Source: Antedon mediterranea
Lineage: Eukaryota > Animalia > Echinodermata
DNA length: 64,000 nt
NCBI RefSeq assembly: GCF_964355755.1
Contig: NC_092678.1
Coordinates: 15,729,881-15,793,880 of the forward strand
Reading direction: 5' to 3'
The notes below the pieces were generated by a model. That model saw nothing but the letters and a program-made list of their open reading frames with translations, ran no database searches and had not been told where the DNA came from. Position numbers and translations under genes: made by a program. Of the stretch, positions 51,988 to 64,000 are shown one piece after another. Every line of letters begins with the position of its first letter. Position 1 is the first letter of the stretch.

Positions 51988-53547
51988 CTGAAAACCGTAA
52001 AAAATACGATAAATAAATATACACAGTACCAAAGGATAGTACCTGAAACCATGAACAATGCGTTAAATAATAATTATTACAGTTCCCATGTACATTACGA
52101 TCAAGAAGTATTTATTTATAATTCTTGAAAAAACAGATAGCTGTATTATACTAACAGAAACCAAAGAGCTTCTGTAGCCGATTAGGAGTGCCTTTCCAAC
52201 AGTACAGTCATTAAAATGTATACACAAGGATATAATAATACTTGTTGATGTTACTTTGGTCCTTATTACCATATTATTAAATGACGATGATGCAACATGA
52301 ATTCTGCTATTTTATTTTTCATTGTGGGATTATTTTATCATAGAAGAACAAATTTAAAGATATTACGCTTGAACGTATTGTACATGAAACAGATACTTTA
52401 GAAGTATTAATGTATAAATATAATAATTATTATTAGGCTTAGGGTCAAACTGTGCCTGCAAATAAAAAAGATCCAAAGCACTACACAGCTGAGCCCCCTG
52501 GTTGAATGACAACACATTGTTCACCCGATACAATTTTCTGCAGAACCAAACAAAGAATATACAAAAAGAAATTAAATTTAATTAATTTTAGATAAACAAT
52601 TTAGAATAATGGCATATTAAATTATCGATAATTATAATGATGATGATTCTCTCATTTGTGTCGATGCAATTGATAAGTCATAAAGTTCACCGAACTTATT
52701 ATAACGATATATGTGTAGGGTCTACGTAACAGATGCATCCCAGTATGACGATTTCATAAGAGATATATTATAACGTTTTGTTCTGCGTGCTGCTCAACTT
52801 ATTACTGTCAACACTATTGCAGTATATTTTACATAATCGAAACAATGTCGAGCATTCCTTCTCGTGTGGACAACCACATAGAGAAACTTGAACATGTGAA
52901 CGCTGTTATGTTACCCGGTTCTCAGTCTTCACATACGACAATTATTTACCCTGAGGACAATTTGGTAATACAGAGCCTCATATCATAATAGTGCTATCTG
53001 TATCATTAGCTTATGAATTAGGTTATGGCCTATCATAGTTTGTGATACATATGAAACATGTAAATGATGCTGTATTACCGAATGTTGCTATGATGCTACA
53101 GAAATCGAGATACAATACCAAGAATCAGGTTATGTTAGACGTTACTTCGGCTTGAAATGGAGGTCTTAGCTTTAACCACCTTCTGAAATGTGACTGTACA
53201 ATTTTGTGAGGCCAAAATTATACCTTGTACACATGGATAAGGTGCCGTAGAGACATATACTATTGTCTAATTGCTAAATCCTTTCTGAAATTGTTATTTT
53301 CTGAAGAATGTTGTCCATAGATATAACACCGTACTACTGATTTGATACGAATTGTATAATTGTAACATAATGTGAAATGTTCCTTACCATGCTAGTAATG
53401 GTGCAGTAATTAAATAATTACATGATTTGTAAATTAGTTTTTATTATCACAGAGTGTAACACAGTGTGACGTATTGTCTGCAAACTCTTATGAATGGTGA
53501 ATTAATATGTATTTTATAATAATTATGTAATTTCTCATTTAATAAAA

Positions 53548-54665
53548 CTCGTGTCTATTTTCAGTCACTATTGACTTCAGTGGAAATTTCTTCTATGAAT
53601 GGATTAGTAAATGGAAGCATGAACACCAGTTGATAAAACAGTTCCATTTTGAGTTTGCAATCATTCGTGAAAGGCCAAGTGAAGTCACAAGTCCAAGGAA
53701 TAAAGGTTTTCATCCTATAAAAAAAATTGTACGCAATCAATTGAAACTAATAAATATTTTACACACGCTATAATAATAATTCGCAAACAGTGATGGTGCT
53801 GGAATATGCATACAAGGGGTCAACATGCGTGATGCAAAAATAAAAAAAATATTGATTTTGCCCTGCCTTTGTCGACTATAAATCATGACATAAATAGGCC
53901 AAGTCTTGAGTCGATGTCTATATATGGCGCTACTCTATAGTATGTGCCTATATAGGCCTCGTATCGTACCATATAGGCTCAATAAATGTATTAATTATTG
54001 TTAAGTTAAGTACGCTTCTAGGCCTGTATATTATTATAAATAGAAATCTAGGCCTATTATTTTTCTTGAACACCAAAAGCCTGAACTTATTTAATTAACA
54101 TATCCTGGCCATAGTAACTAAATACAACAGTCCTCTGAGTCTGAGTATAGGCTCTAGTGTGTTTAAAGCCCACCCACCTACGTAAAACACGTGGGTATAG
54201 CCATAAAACTTTGAATGAGTGGTAAACTGGGCCTAGATCTGCCGTTAAAACAATTTTAATTCTAGAGGTTCAACAACTATTTAAGTACCAAAAAATGTTT
54301 ATTTTGGTTCTTTAAAAAATTCAACAGACACGTGGTGCAATTTTTGCCGTAATCATAACAAAAAGCAACAAAAAAACTATTAAAATATCTCATTATTTCA
54401 ACTACTCACCACGACCAAAGTATTCAAGCTACGTATCTCAAAATCGATTCCCACAACAACCAGGACATTCCTAATGAATATTCATGAGAAATCTCACCGA
54501 TTTCAACAATCAAAGGCTTCTGATTCGTTGATTAAATATGATGTAATTATTTTCCCTAAATAAAAACAAATCATTTCCGCGTTTGTATAGCGCCCTCAAT
54601 ATCGAAAATATTTAACTTTTACCGATAGAAGGCTCACTACTTTATGTCGCTATGAAACAGCCGTG
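53548..54665. mobile_element. One-ended Chapaev-like DNA transposon remnant
   Basis: Interrupts the host motif ttaataaaa|cataccag and ends GAAACAGCCGTG, resembling the 33829 terminus; the other end was not found. Confidence 0.55.
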
Positions 54666-54931
54666 ACATACCAGTTATAATAACACATCACTGTAATAAA
54701 ACAGACGAATCCAAGCAAACTGCATTGTGTTAAAATATTACAGTTTTCTTTTATCATTATTAAGATAATAATAATATTAAAAAAAAAAACACCGGGTAGG
54801 CCTATATTATTTTAGATTTGGATAAATATTCTGTAATTGTAAAGGATAAGTAAAACGATGACAATGACAATTGTGGTTATCTTACAACGAAATATTATTT
54901 TCAAAAGTACGATAAATAAGAGACAGTACTC

Positions 54932-54977
54932 AAACACATTTGCTGGTAATGTTGTTTTTTGATTACTGTCCAAATCC
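54932..54977 (-). pseudogene. Internally deleted LRR exon (DLDSNQKTTLPANVF)
   Basis: Acceptor intact; the 3' part of the exon and the donor GT were removed by a deletion at short microhomology (tca). Confidence 0.7.
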
Positions 54978-55799
54978 CTGAAAACCGTGAAAAAGCAATA
55001 ACAATGATATATATATATAGTTTCAAGGTACAGTATGATCAACAATCATATGTTCATACTTTCTAAAAGCAACAAATAGCTACAGTATTGTGCCAAAAGA
55101 AGCCAAATGCTCCTGTCGCCGATTAGGCGTGCCACTGCAATAGTAAAATGTATAATACTATTTAAAATAATAGTACTTGTTGATATTACTTCGGCCCTTA
55201 TATTATCATTGTTTACATACATAACATTAATAACTATTTGTCATTAACTGCTTTTACATTATTATAATGACAATATCAATAATATGATTCGTGGATATGG
55301 ATCAACATCTACAATACAATACAATCGACAATAGCCATATTACAAACACACATATTATTAAACGATGTGATGATCCATGTATTCTGCTAATTTTTGTTCG
55401 CATACACACTGCTAAATTAGAAAAACTCAAACAAGAAAGATGTTACGCTTTCACGTTTTACATATGAAACATACAGGTACCATACAAGTGTTCAATTATA
55501 AAAAAAAAGTATTTCTCCCGAGGCGTAGGTTCAAAATGTGCCAGAAAATAAACATGATTACTGAATCATGACAACATATTGTCCACCCGGTACAATTATC
55601 TGCGAAACAAACGATATTAATCTAAAAAAAAAAATCTAAAATCCAAATATAAACCTGAAATAATGAAAAGTAATTCATATACATCAGAATATGAATAACG
55701 TCATACATTTCCGATAATAATAATTAAATAATTAATTAATTAAATCTCAATTTTAAAGAAATACACAAGTTAAAATAGAAATAAAGTGTATATAGCATG

Positions 55800-56316
55800 T
55801 GTAGTGAATTTATCTTTAGTTGGTTCCGAGCTTTCTCTGGCATATATCCACTCGACGTACACAGCTGTCGTTCCAAGCTTTCTCAGGCGTATATATTTCC
55901 ACGCGACGTACACAGCTGTCACTAAATGATAACTCATACAAAAAGTATATTTAACTCAACTAGAACTTTTATTCCTCGTAATTCGATTAATACATCTTTC
56001 TACCACTACCAGTCAAGCCTTAATATTCTCTTTATCATCTTTCCGTTTATCTACTCTGATCTTATTCTCTCTTCTCCTTTATCTACTCTGACCTTATTCT
56101 CTCTTCTCCTTTATCTACCCTGACCTTATTCTCTCTTCTCCCCTAATATCCATTACATTCCACTTTTATACTGGACATGCAAATTTTAGGCTTCAGAGGA
56201 GGATAACATTTTCCCTCCAAAAATTATACGACTTTGATTGGCTAATAATATAAGGCGGACCTGGTCTAAAGCATCCTTCTCTAAACACAGAGAATCACAA
56301 CATCAATAATATGACA
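55800..56316 (-). mobile_element. 3' LTR (about 517 bp) of a Gmr1-like element
   Basis: Minus strand PPT AAAAAGGGGAA then TGTCAT...CACTACA; internal tandem repeats (about 32 bp x3 at 56046-56141; about 55 bp x2 at 55829-55920). Confidence 0.8.
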
Positions 56317-56415
56317 TTCCCCTTTTTGGGAAAAAGATTGTCAATCTTTCCAAAAATTTAACATTTAAAACCATTTTACTATAAACTATCTACAAATATA
56401 ACACCTCTATAATAT

Positions 56416-58105
56416 TTATGCACGGCTTAATCCATCTGCATTTCCATTTAATGACCCTTTCTTGTAAATAACTTTAAATTTATATCCTTTTAAAAACAGA
56501 GCCCATCTCATAAGTCTAACATTGGCACCCTTCATTGAGTCCATCCATCTCAATGCCTGGTGGTCAGTATGAACTTGAAATTCACAACCATACAGATAAT
56601 ACTTAAGTTTATTGATAGCCCAAACAATAGAGAGGCACTCTTTTTCTGGCACAGAATATCTCTGCTCATGTACAGATAACTTTCTACTTAAGTACACAAT
56701 GGGATAATCTTTACCCTCACCATCTATTTGGCTCAGCACTGCACCTATGCCATAATTTGAGGCATCGGTTTGCAATATAAACATCTTATCAAAATTTGGG
56801 GCTTTTAATACATTATCATCAGTAAGTCGTTTCTTTAAAGTTACAAAGGCATTTTCACATTGTTCATTCCACTTAACGGTATTACTTTTACTCTTTAAAG
56901 TTAAATCAATCAATGGCTTAGCAATATCGGCATAGTTCTGTACAAATTTTCTGTAATAGCCCGTTAATCCGAGAAATGATCGGACTTGTTTCTTAGACAA
57001 AGGTCTGGGGAACTTTTCCACAGCCTCAACCTTATCAATCATGGGTTTAATTTCTCCATTACCAATCTTATGCCCCAGAAATTCTACCTGTGCATAGGCA
57101 ATTTTACATTTCAAAGGCTTTGCTGTCAATCCAGCACTACTTAATCTTTCTAATACATCATTCAAATGAAAAATATGATCTTTCCAAGTTTGACTATAAA
57201 TACATATGTCATCTATATATGCCTTAGCATATCCCTCAGTACCTTGTAATACCTTATCCATTAATCTTTGGAAAGTACTAGAGCTATTTTGCATACCAAA
57301 TGGAAGTACATTGTAACAATACTGTCCAAATTGTGTAATAAATGCTGATTTGTCTTTGGTCTTAGGATCCAGAGGCACCTGGTAAAATCCTTTAGTTAGA
57401 TCTAACGTAGTTATGTATATTGCGGATGATACCTCATCCAACATTTCGTCTATGCGAGGCATAACATAAGGGTCAAATTGTGTAGTCTTATTTAGTGATC
57501 TAAAATCTGTCACCATTCTAATTTGATTCTGGCCTTTCTTCAGGGCAATAATAGGTGCAGCATAGGCACTAACTGTAGGTTCTATTATACCCATAGCCAA
57601 CATACTACCTAATTCTTCTTTCAATTTACCCTTTAATGCTTGGGGCGTTCTATATGCCCTATGCCTTATAGGCATTTCACCATTAGTCTTAATTTCATGT
57701 GTCACTAAGTGAGTTCTACCTGGTACATCCGAGAATACATTCTGTTGGTACTTTAACAATTCTGTTAATTGTTTAGTTTGTGTATCATTTAAATTACTAC
57801 TAATGTTAACATCTCTCCATGTTTGTGATTGATGATAAGACAATCCTATGTCTATTTCACTATCTAACTCATTGTCATGGACTGTTTCATTTAAGTCTAC
57901 TTCTTCTATCGACTGAACATTTGTTACTACATAATAACCATCTTTACTTATTTCTACTTTATCATACCATCTCTTTAACATATTAACATGTATAATTTGT
58001 TTTTTTTTTCTTCTACCTCCTATGTATATTTCATAATTTACATCATTGACCTTTTTTGTAACAGTGAAGGGGCCTTGCCATTTACTGTCTAACTTACTAT
58101 TTCCT
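56416..58105 (-). pseudogene. pol: Gmr1-like pol 3' part: integrase C-terminus, RT, RNase H (5'-truncated element)
   Basis: KWQGPFTV...IHVNMLKRWY (integrase GPY/F tail) precedes RT (LDLTKGFYQV, LPFG, YIDD) and RNase H ending NADGLSRA*, i.e. INT-RT-RH order. Confidence 0.92.
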
Positions 58106-59132
58106 ACATCATTATGTAAACGTTGCTACGAGAAAAGGCACTGTATACTTGATATGTGCTATGGAAATGTTAAAAATGCTTATACAGCAAAGGGACGAGC
58201 AGTCATTGGGCGGTCACGAAATGATACAACATGATCCCAAGCTATAATTTACAAACGTAGGAAGCCTCAAAATGAATAAGATACGCACATATCTTAGTGC
58301 CTTTAATTATGATATTCATTAGGCCTACATTAGGCCTGGGTTAACCCACTGTGCAACTGTAGTGCTGTTTTTTTATTCTTCGGTTCGATTCTTCCAGGAT
58401 AATTATTGTTTTTTTTATTTAACCTATAGAAGGTCCATAAGAATACGAACGTTATAGTGATATAACAAAAATGTAAAGTTTATCGATAAAGTAGATCATT
58501 GGATTTATGTCTAGATATGGTAGTTTTCTTAGGTTTACGAATTATTTTTCCTTTGGTTAAGGGGGATTGGTCGACATATGTTAAGATTTTAAAAATGTAT
58601 ATGATTAAGCTTTGTAATTTGTTATAAGTATTGTCTCTGGTGTCTGTAGCAAGGGCATATATTCTACAAATTCAGATTCGACTAAACATTTTAGAAATGT
58701 AATCTGATGGTTGCATACAAACATTTCAGAAATGCAGAAAAACAATGATGGAATGATGATATATCTGCAGTGTAGCACGTGAAAGTATTTTTCCTTCTCT
58801 GGGCCTATGATGGCAGAATGTGAACGAAAACATCAGTATACATTTAGTTGTTATTGTTCACAGTCATACCACCATAACGCTTCACTTTAATTAACAGACT
58901 CTAACGTACCGTCATTTTACAAGTAAGATTTAACAGTTAAACCTACCGTTAAATGTATAATTTCACAATTAACATTATTTATTTGAGTTTTTACAAGTAA
59001 GAAAAACACTTACAGTGTAACCAACGATGTCAAACCAACAAATGCATTTTCAGCCAATGTAGAAATGCCGTTACGTTCTAAATGCCTTCAAAATAAAAAT
59101 AGTTGGCAAATAACAGTTCACGAGTTGAGGTT

Positions 59133-62100
59133 TGTTGAACCCACAAATGTAAAAACGCCCACAAATGTGAAAACAACCACAAATGTGAAAACGCATCACC
59201 CACAAATGTGAAAACAACCACAAATGTGAAAACGCATCACCCACAAATGTGAAAACAACCACAAATGTGAAAACGCATCACCCACAAATGTGAAAACAAC
59301 CACAAATGTGAAAACGCATCAACCACAAATGTAATAAGCAGCGCCCACAAATGTGAAAACGATCATCGCCCACAAATGTGATAACGCCCACAAATGTAAA
59401 AAAAAATGAGAATTTTTCGGCCACAAATGTAAAAAAAAAATCAGATCAAATTTAATGCTAGACTCAAACAATTTTGATCGAGGTACTACATTATATCATG
59501 ATTGTATTGAGTTGTTTCAATAATTGTTTGTTCACGGTACGTCTTAGGGTCGTGGTTAACGCGTTGGATTATTATAATTTGCTGCTCATGCGCGCGATAT
59601 TTGCACGTTAACTCGTTTGTTTAATGAACGTAATAGTTCAAGACAATATTTGTTATTTGCTGCGCGCGTGCACCATACTTCAAGGTCAAGGCCATGTTAT
59701 ATCATTGTTGCTTCTAGTGTGTGGTTTTTGGCTTACTATTATGTACGTATAGTTATAAGTCGATGTTCGATGTATTTTTGCGCGTGCACACGATACTAAA
59801 AGGTCAAGGTTAAATTGCTACTTGTATGTAGTGTGTGGTTATTAACTCGTTGGCTTACTGTTATGTACGTATAGTTCAAGTCGATGCTCGATTCGATGTT
59901 TTTGTGCGCGTACACGATACCACAGGGTCAAGTTCATAACATACTATTGCTACTTGTGGTTGTTAATTCGTTGGCTTATTGTTATGTTCGTATAGTTCCA
60001 AGTCGATGTTCGATTCGATGTTTTTTTGTGCGCGTGCACGATACTACAAAGGTCATGACTTGTATACCATTGCTACTTGTGGTGTGTGGTTGTTAACTCG
60101 TTGGCTTACTGATATGTACGTATAGTTTCAAGTCGAAGTTCGATGTTTTGCGCGCGTGCACGGTACTACAAGGTCAAGGTTATACAGTGTCGGTGGATGA
60201 TGTATAACGAAAGTTCTGTGAAATTAGACATTTTGTTGGTAGACAATAATGACAATGTTGTAGTTTGTGTTTTTTTATTATATTGTGTGCAGTATTAAAT
60301 TTAAAAAGAAGAAGAAGCTGTAAAACCCACAAATTATATAATTTATAATGTATAAGTTCTATATATTAGGTTCTAACAATAACAAAATATCCTTTCAATA
60401 TTATTGTAATGACATACCCTAGCTAGTATATGTAGCCTATACTATGTATTGAAGATGCATACGCGCTTTCTATTGTCTATAATCTGATGTCTGTACACAC
60501 ACAGTAGGGATTCCCCAGCAAGATGTCTAAGGCAAGACGTCCTGACATTTCCACCCCTTGATCTTTTATGCTTGAAACAGAAATTGACACCATTATCAAT
60601 TCAATGCTTTTATGTGTTTAATTAATTTATATCAGAACTACCTTTTAATTACACATAAACATAAAGATTTAAATAAATAAGATATACTGTATGTGGTGTG
60701 TATATATAAATAACAAGGCACATAATAAATTCCAATTTATTTTAATGTATTTAGGTGACTAATTGGGTCGAGCTCTGGTCTTGCTTGGTCTTCCTTTCGT
60801 TCACTTTTACCTTTGTTATAAAAAATACATAGACAAACTAAGGTATTTATATCAATTGTGTATGTATTTTTTTTGGTTTAACATAAAGTAATAATTTTCC
60901 AGTTGATAAATAAATCTGTTTACGGCGGCGTTTTTTGTAAGTAATAGTTCTTGTTTAAACCTAAATCTAAACCTAAACTTCTGTAAAATTATGTTGTTTA
61001 ATAATATAAATTAACATCAATTTTAAAACTGTAGTGTTTACCGACGAAACTGTAAACACGAAATTGTGTTGGAAGTTTACAGAAAGGTGAGGATGTGATT
61101 GCAAAAAAAAATACATATTATTAAACTATATCGGATAGGAGTAAACAGAAATTAAGGTACAGTAGCTACTATTTGTGTGTAAATCCGCCTATTGCTCAAT
61201 ATATTTGTGTTGAAAAAAATATTTAAAAGATATACGGAGTACAAATCTATCATTATCATCAATTAGTATTATTCTGCTTAATTGTTTATTCTTCATCATT
61301 TTAAGAAATGGAAAATTTTTAATATTTATTATCTACATAACTTGCAAGTTATATCTATTATTTATAAATATGGGACTAATATTATTACCAATCTCCGTGT
61401 CAAATATTGAGATAGTTAAGTTGGAGCAGGTGTGTATTAGCCTTTCAACATCGCGCTTAAAGTTAAATTTTAATGCATTCAATAGGTAATATTATTCTCC
61501 GTATATCTTTATAATTATCCGCTAAAAATAGATATACAAATTAAACAATAAGCATCAGATTAAACCACGAATGTAAATAGTAGTATAGTAGGAAGTTTTG
61601 TCCATTAGTATAATTGTTATAGATTTCATAGTATGTTTTATATAGAATACATATTCGTGACAAGTTTGATACTATCGTATCGTGTATTATGTTTGGTTGG
61701 ATATTGGTGTTACGGTATTATTCTATGTTACAATTTGTTTATCGCTCTAAAATAAAGAAATGTTCTTTTATTAGTTGCTCTTGCTCTAGCTCTTGTATTA
61801 TTATCTTGTGGTTATAGTTTTGTAGTATCGTGTACACCGAGCATCGACTTGGAGCTATAATACGTACATAATACTAAAATAGTAAGCCCAACTGCACTTC
61901 AAGCAGCAATGATATATGACCTTGTAGTATCGTGCACGCGCGCAAAAAAACATCGAATCGACCATCGACTTGGAACTATACGTACATAACAATAAGCCAA
62001 CGAGTTAACAACCACAAGTAGCAATAGATATGACCTTGACCTTGAGGTATCGTGTACGCGCCCAAAAACATCGAATCGAGCATCGACTTGGAACTATACG

Positions 62101-62725
62101 TACATAACAGTAAGCCAACGAGTTAATAACCACACACTACATACAAGTAGCAATTTAACCTTGACCTTGTTCTATCGTGTGCGCGCGCAAAAAAAAGCCA
62201 ACAACCACACACTAGAAGCTACAATGATATAACATGGCCTTGACCTTGAAGTATGGTGCACGCGCGCAGCAAATAACAAATTGTCTTGAACTATTACGTT
62301 CATTAAACAAACGAGTTAACGTGCAAATATCACGCGCACGAGCAGCAAATGATAATAATCCAACGTGTTAACGACGACCCTAACAGACGTATCGTGAACA
62401 AACAACTCAATACAATCATGATATAATGTTTGTCTGAATCTAGCATTAAATTTGATCTGATTTTTTTTACATTTGTGGGCGAAAAAGTCTCTCTTTTTTT
62501 TTACACTTGTGAGCGTTATCACATTTGTGGGCGATGATCGTTTTCACATTTGTGGGCGCTGTTTTCACATTTGTGGTTGATGCGTTTTCACATTTGTGGT
62601 TGTTTTCACATTTGTGGGTGATGCGTTTTCACATTTGTGGTTGTTTTCACATTTGTGGGTGATGCGTTTTCACATTTGTGGTTGTTTTCACATTTGTGGG
62701 CGTTTTCACATTTGTGGGTTCAACA
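59133..62725. mobile_element. Non-autonomous foldback DNA transposon with TIRs of about 1 kb (Ginger-like termini)
   Basis: TGTTGAACCCACAAATGT...ACATTTGTGGGTTCAACA with a 5-bp TSD AGGTT. Arms are built from CCACAAATGTGAAAAC tandem repeats and subrepeats of about 120 bp; AT-rich ORF-less centre. Superfamily uncertain. Confidence 0.85.
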
Positions 62726-63468
62726 AGGTTTTCTTCTTTGGGGAAAATAGTTACAGTTTGGTGTGTATGTCAGTGGATGAAATAGTGACCGTAAAATAAT
62801 GTATCTGTATTGTACTGTTAGTGTGTATTACTGTACGTGTCAGTGAAAATTAAAGAGAGTCAATAACGGTACAAACGTTTACATTTTATTCAAATTAAAA
62901 TACATAATGTATCGATTGAGTATCTAGTACGTCAGGAATAGGTTGTTAGTTTATATAGTCGCTAACAGGGACAACATAAGACGGAGAAATAACATTTTAA
63001 TATATCTTAAAGGCAATTGATAAATAATCAATCCCTTACTATAGCAGAAACGTAGCAAGAATGTGTAACTTATTTGTTATGAAATATAGAAAAAATAGTA
63101 CATGTTTAGACTCAAACCAACACAGCAATCTGATGGTAGCCTGCAATAATTAAAGTATAACTAAACGATAAAGAAAGACATTTATACAGAAGATCGATAT
63201 TATCTGATAGCTCGCTCGATGAGATCAAACGGTGCCTTTACACACACTCACACATTAATTCAATTCAAGGATTTTTTTTTTAAATTATGAATAATCAAGT
63301 GCCAAAATAATAATAAATTGTATATAATACCGTTTGTTATCTAGATTAATATATATGTACATATTATTCGTTATTTAGTGCCTTTGATTCTGACATCCGT
63401 TAGTTAGGGGTTAACCCACTGTGTATAACAGTGCCTGTTTCCGTGGTTAATTGCGCGGCGCAAAGCTG

Positions 63469-64000
63469 TTTTTAGTCGCGTGGAAGCGACTCTATAGTTC
63501 ACTATGTCAATCAGTTGGTCGGTCTGTCTGTCTGTCTGTCGGCCTGTCGGTCCGGTATCACTATGCGTTTTATCGCTTTCTGACCTTATCTTGATATCAG
63601 TTTAATCTAGCTAGGTCAATTTTTCACAGTATATTCCTTATGGCCAGGAATCAATGTGGTTATGTTTTCACGGTGCGCAATAAAAAATTACGCGGTCTAC
63701 GCACGATTTAACGAAATCACGTTTGTATTCATATCTTCACAACCATGAATCACAATTAAATAAAATTTGGTACTCATAAATTTCAGGGCATAAATCATCA
63801 TATGGCAATACAATTACGTGAGTAGCGCATGTAACGCATGCGTACGCGCGCTTACAATTTTCAAAATTTATTTCCGATGAAATAAGAGTACGTTTCAGGC
63901 AATTTTAAGCGTTTACAAAATTGCCATGAGTGCGCATACTTTTGCGCACGCACTGCGCGTTAAATGTTATTGCGCACTCTTTTTGCCCGATTTCTGTTTT
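63469..64000 (+). mobile_element. Helentron-associated non-autonomous element (HINE/DINE-like), runs off edge
   Basis: TTTTTAGTCGCGTGGAAGCGACTCTATA subterminal hairpin followed by a (GTCT/GTCG)n microsatellite. Confidence 0.6.

Noticed and set aside
1-58105. The gag at 1-534 and the pol at 56416-58105 as two halves of one element
   Set aside because: Their LTRs are unrelated in sequence and length, and their order on the minus strand is wrong for a single element.
58338-58353. V(D)J-type recombination signal sequences near the LRR cassettes
   Set aside because: The CACAGTG heptamer has no nonamer at 12/23 spacing, and none of the LRR exons is flanked by heptamers.
59140-59430. CRISPR-like array of CCACAAATGTG repeats
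   Set aside because: No unique spacers and no cas genes; eukaryotic context; the repeats are mirrored in the opposite TIR of a transposon.
1-64000. Uni-strand piRNA cluster
   Set aside because: Retroelements lie in both orientations and nothing in the sequence alone supports it; small-RNA data would be needed.

Overview
AT-rich eukaryotic (metazoan, probably marine invertebrate) DNA; no prokaryotic genes, rRNA, tRNA or CRISPR were seen. The backbone is a shuffled tandem array of multi-kb duplicated units. It carries, on the minus strand, eight copies of a 72-nt, frame-symmetric exon that each encodes one 24-aa leucine-rich repeat (xLxxNQITTLxANVFDGLTSLTxL), plus four copies of a divergent LRR exon (YLDDNAITTI). 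These exons are essentially missed by the ORF track. Their variation is concentrated at concave-face LRR positions, as in diversified recognition receptors such as agnathan VLR cassettes. Four copies are fully intact and four are damaged. The array is densely invaded by nested transposons: four Gypsy-group LTR elements (two Gmr1-like, one decayed, one with intact gag/pol, a -1 frameshift signal and an unusual HHDD RT motif), a solo LTR, a full-length CR1/L2-group LINE, an RTE-X-like fragment, Chapaev-like and Academ-like DNA transposons, two TGT..ACA foldback families, Harbinger-type MITEs and a Helentron-like element. Many boundaries could be fixed by comparing filled and empty sites between duplicated units. 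All family assignments come from motif recognition by eye, not database searches. Most short ORFs in the track look spurious.
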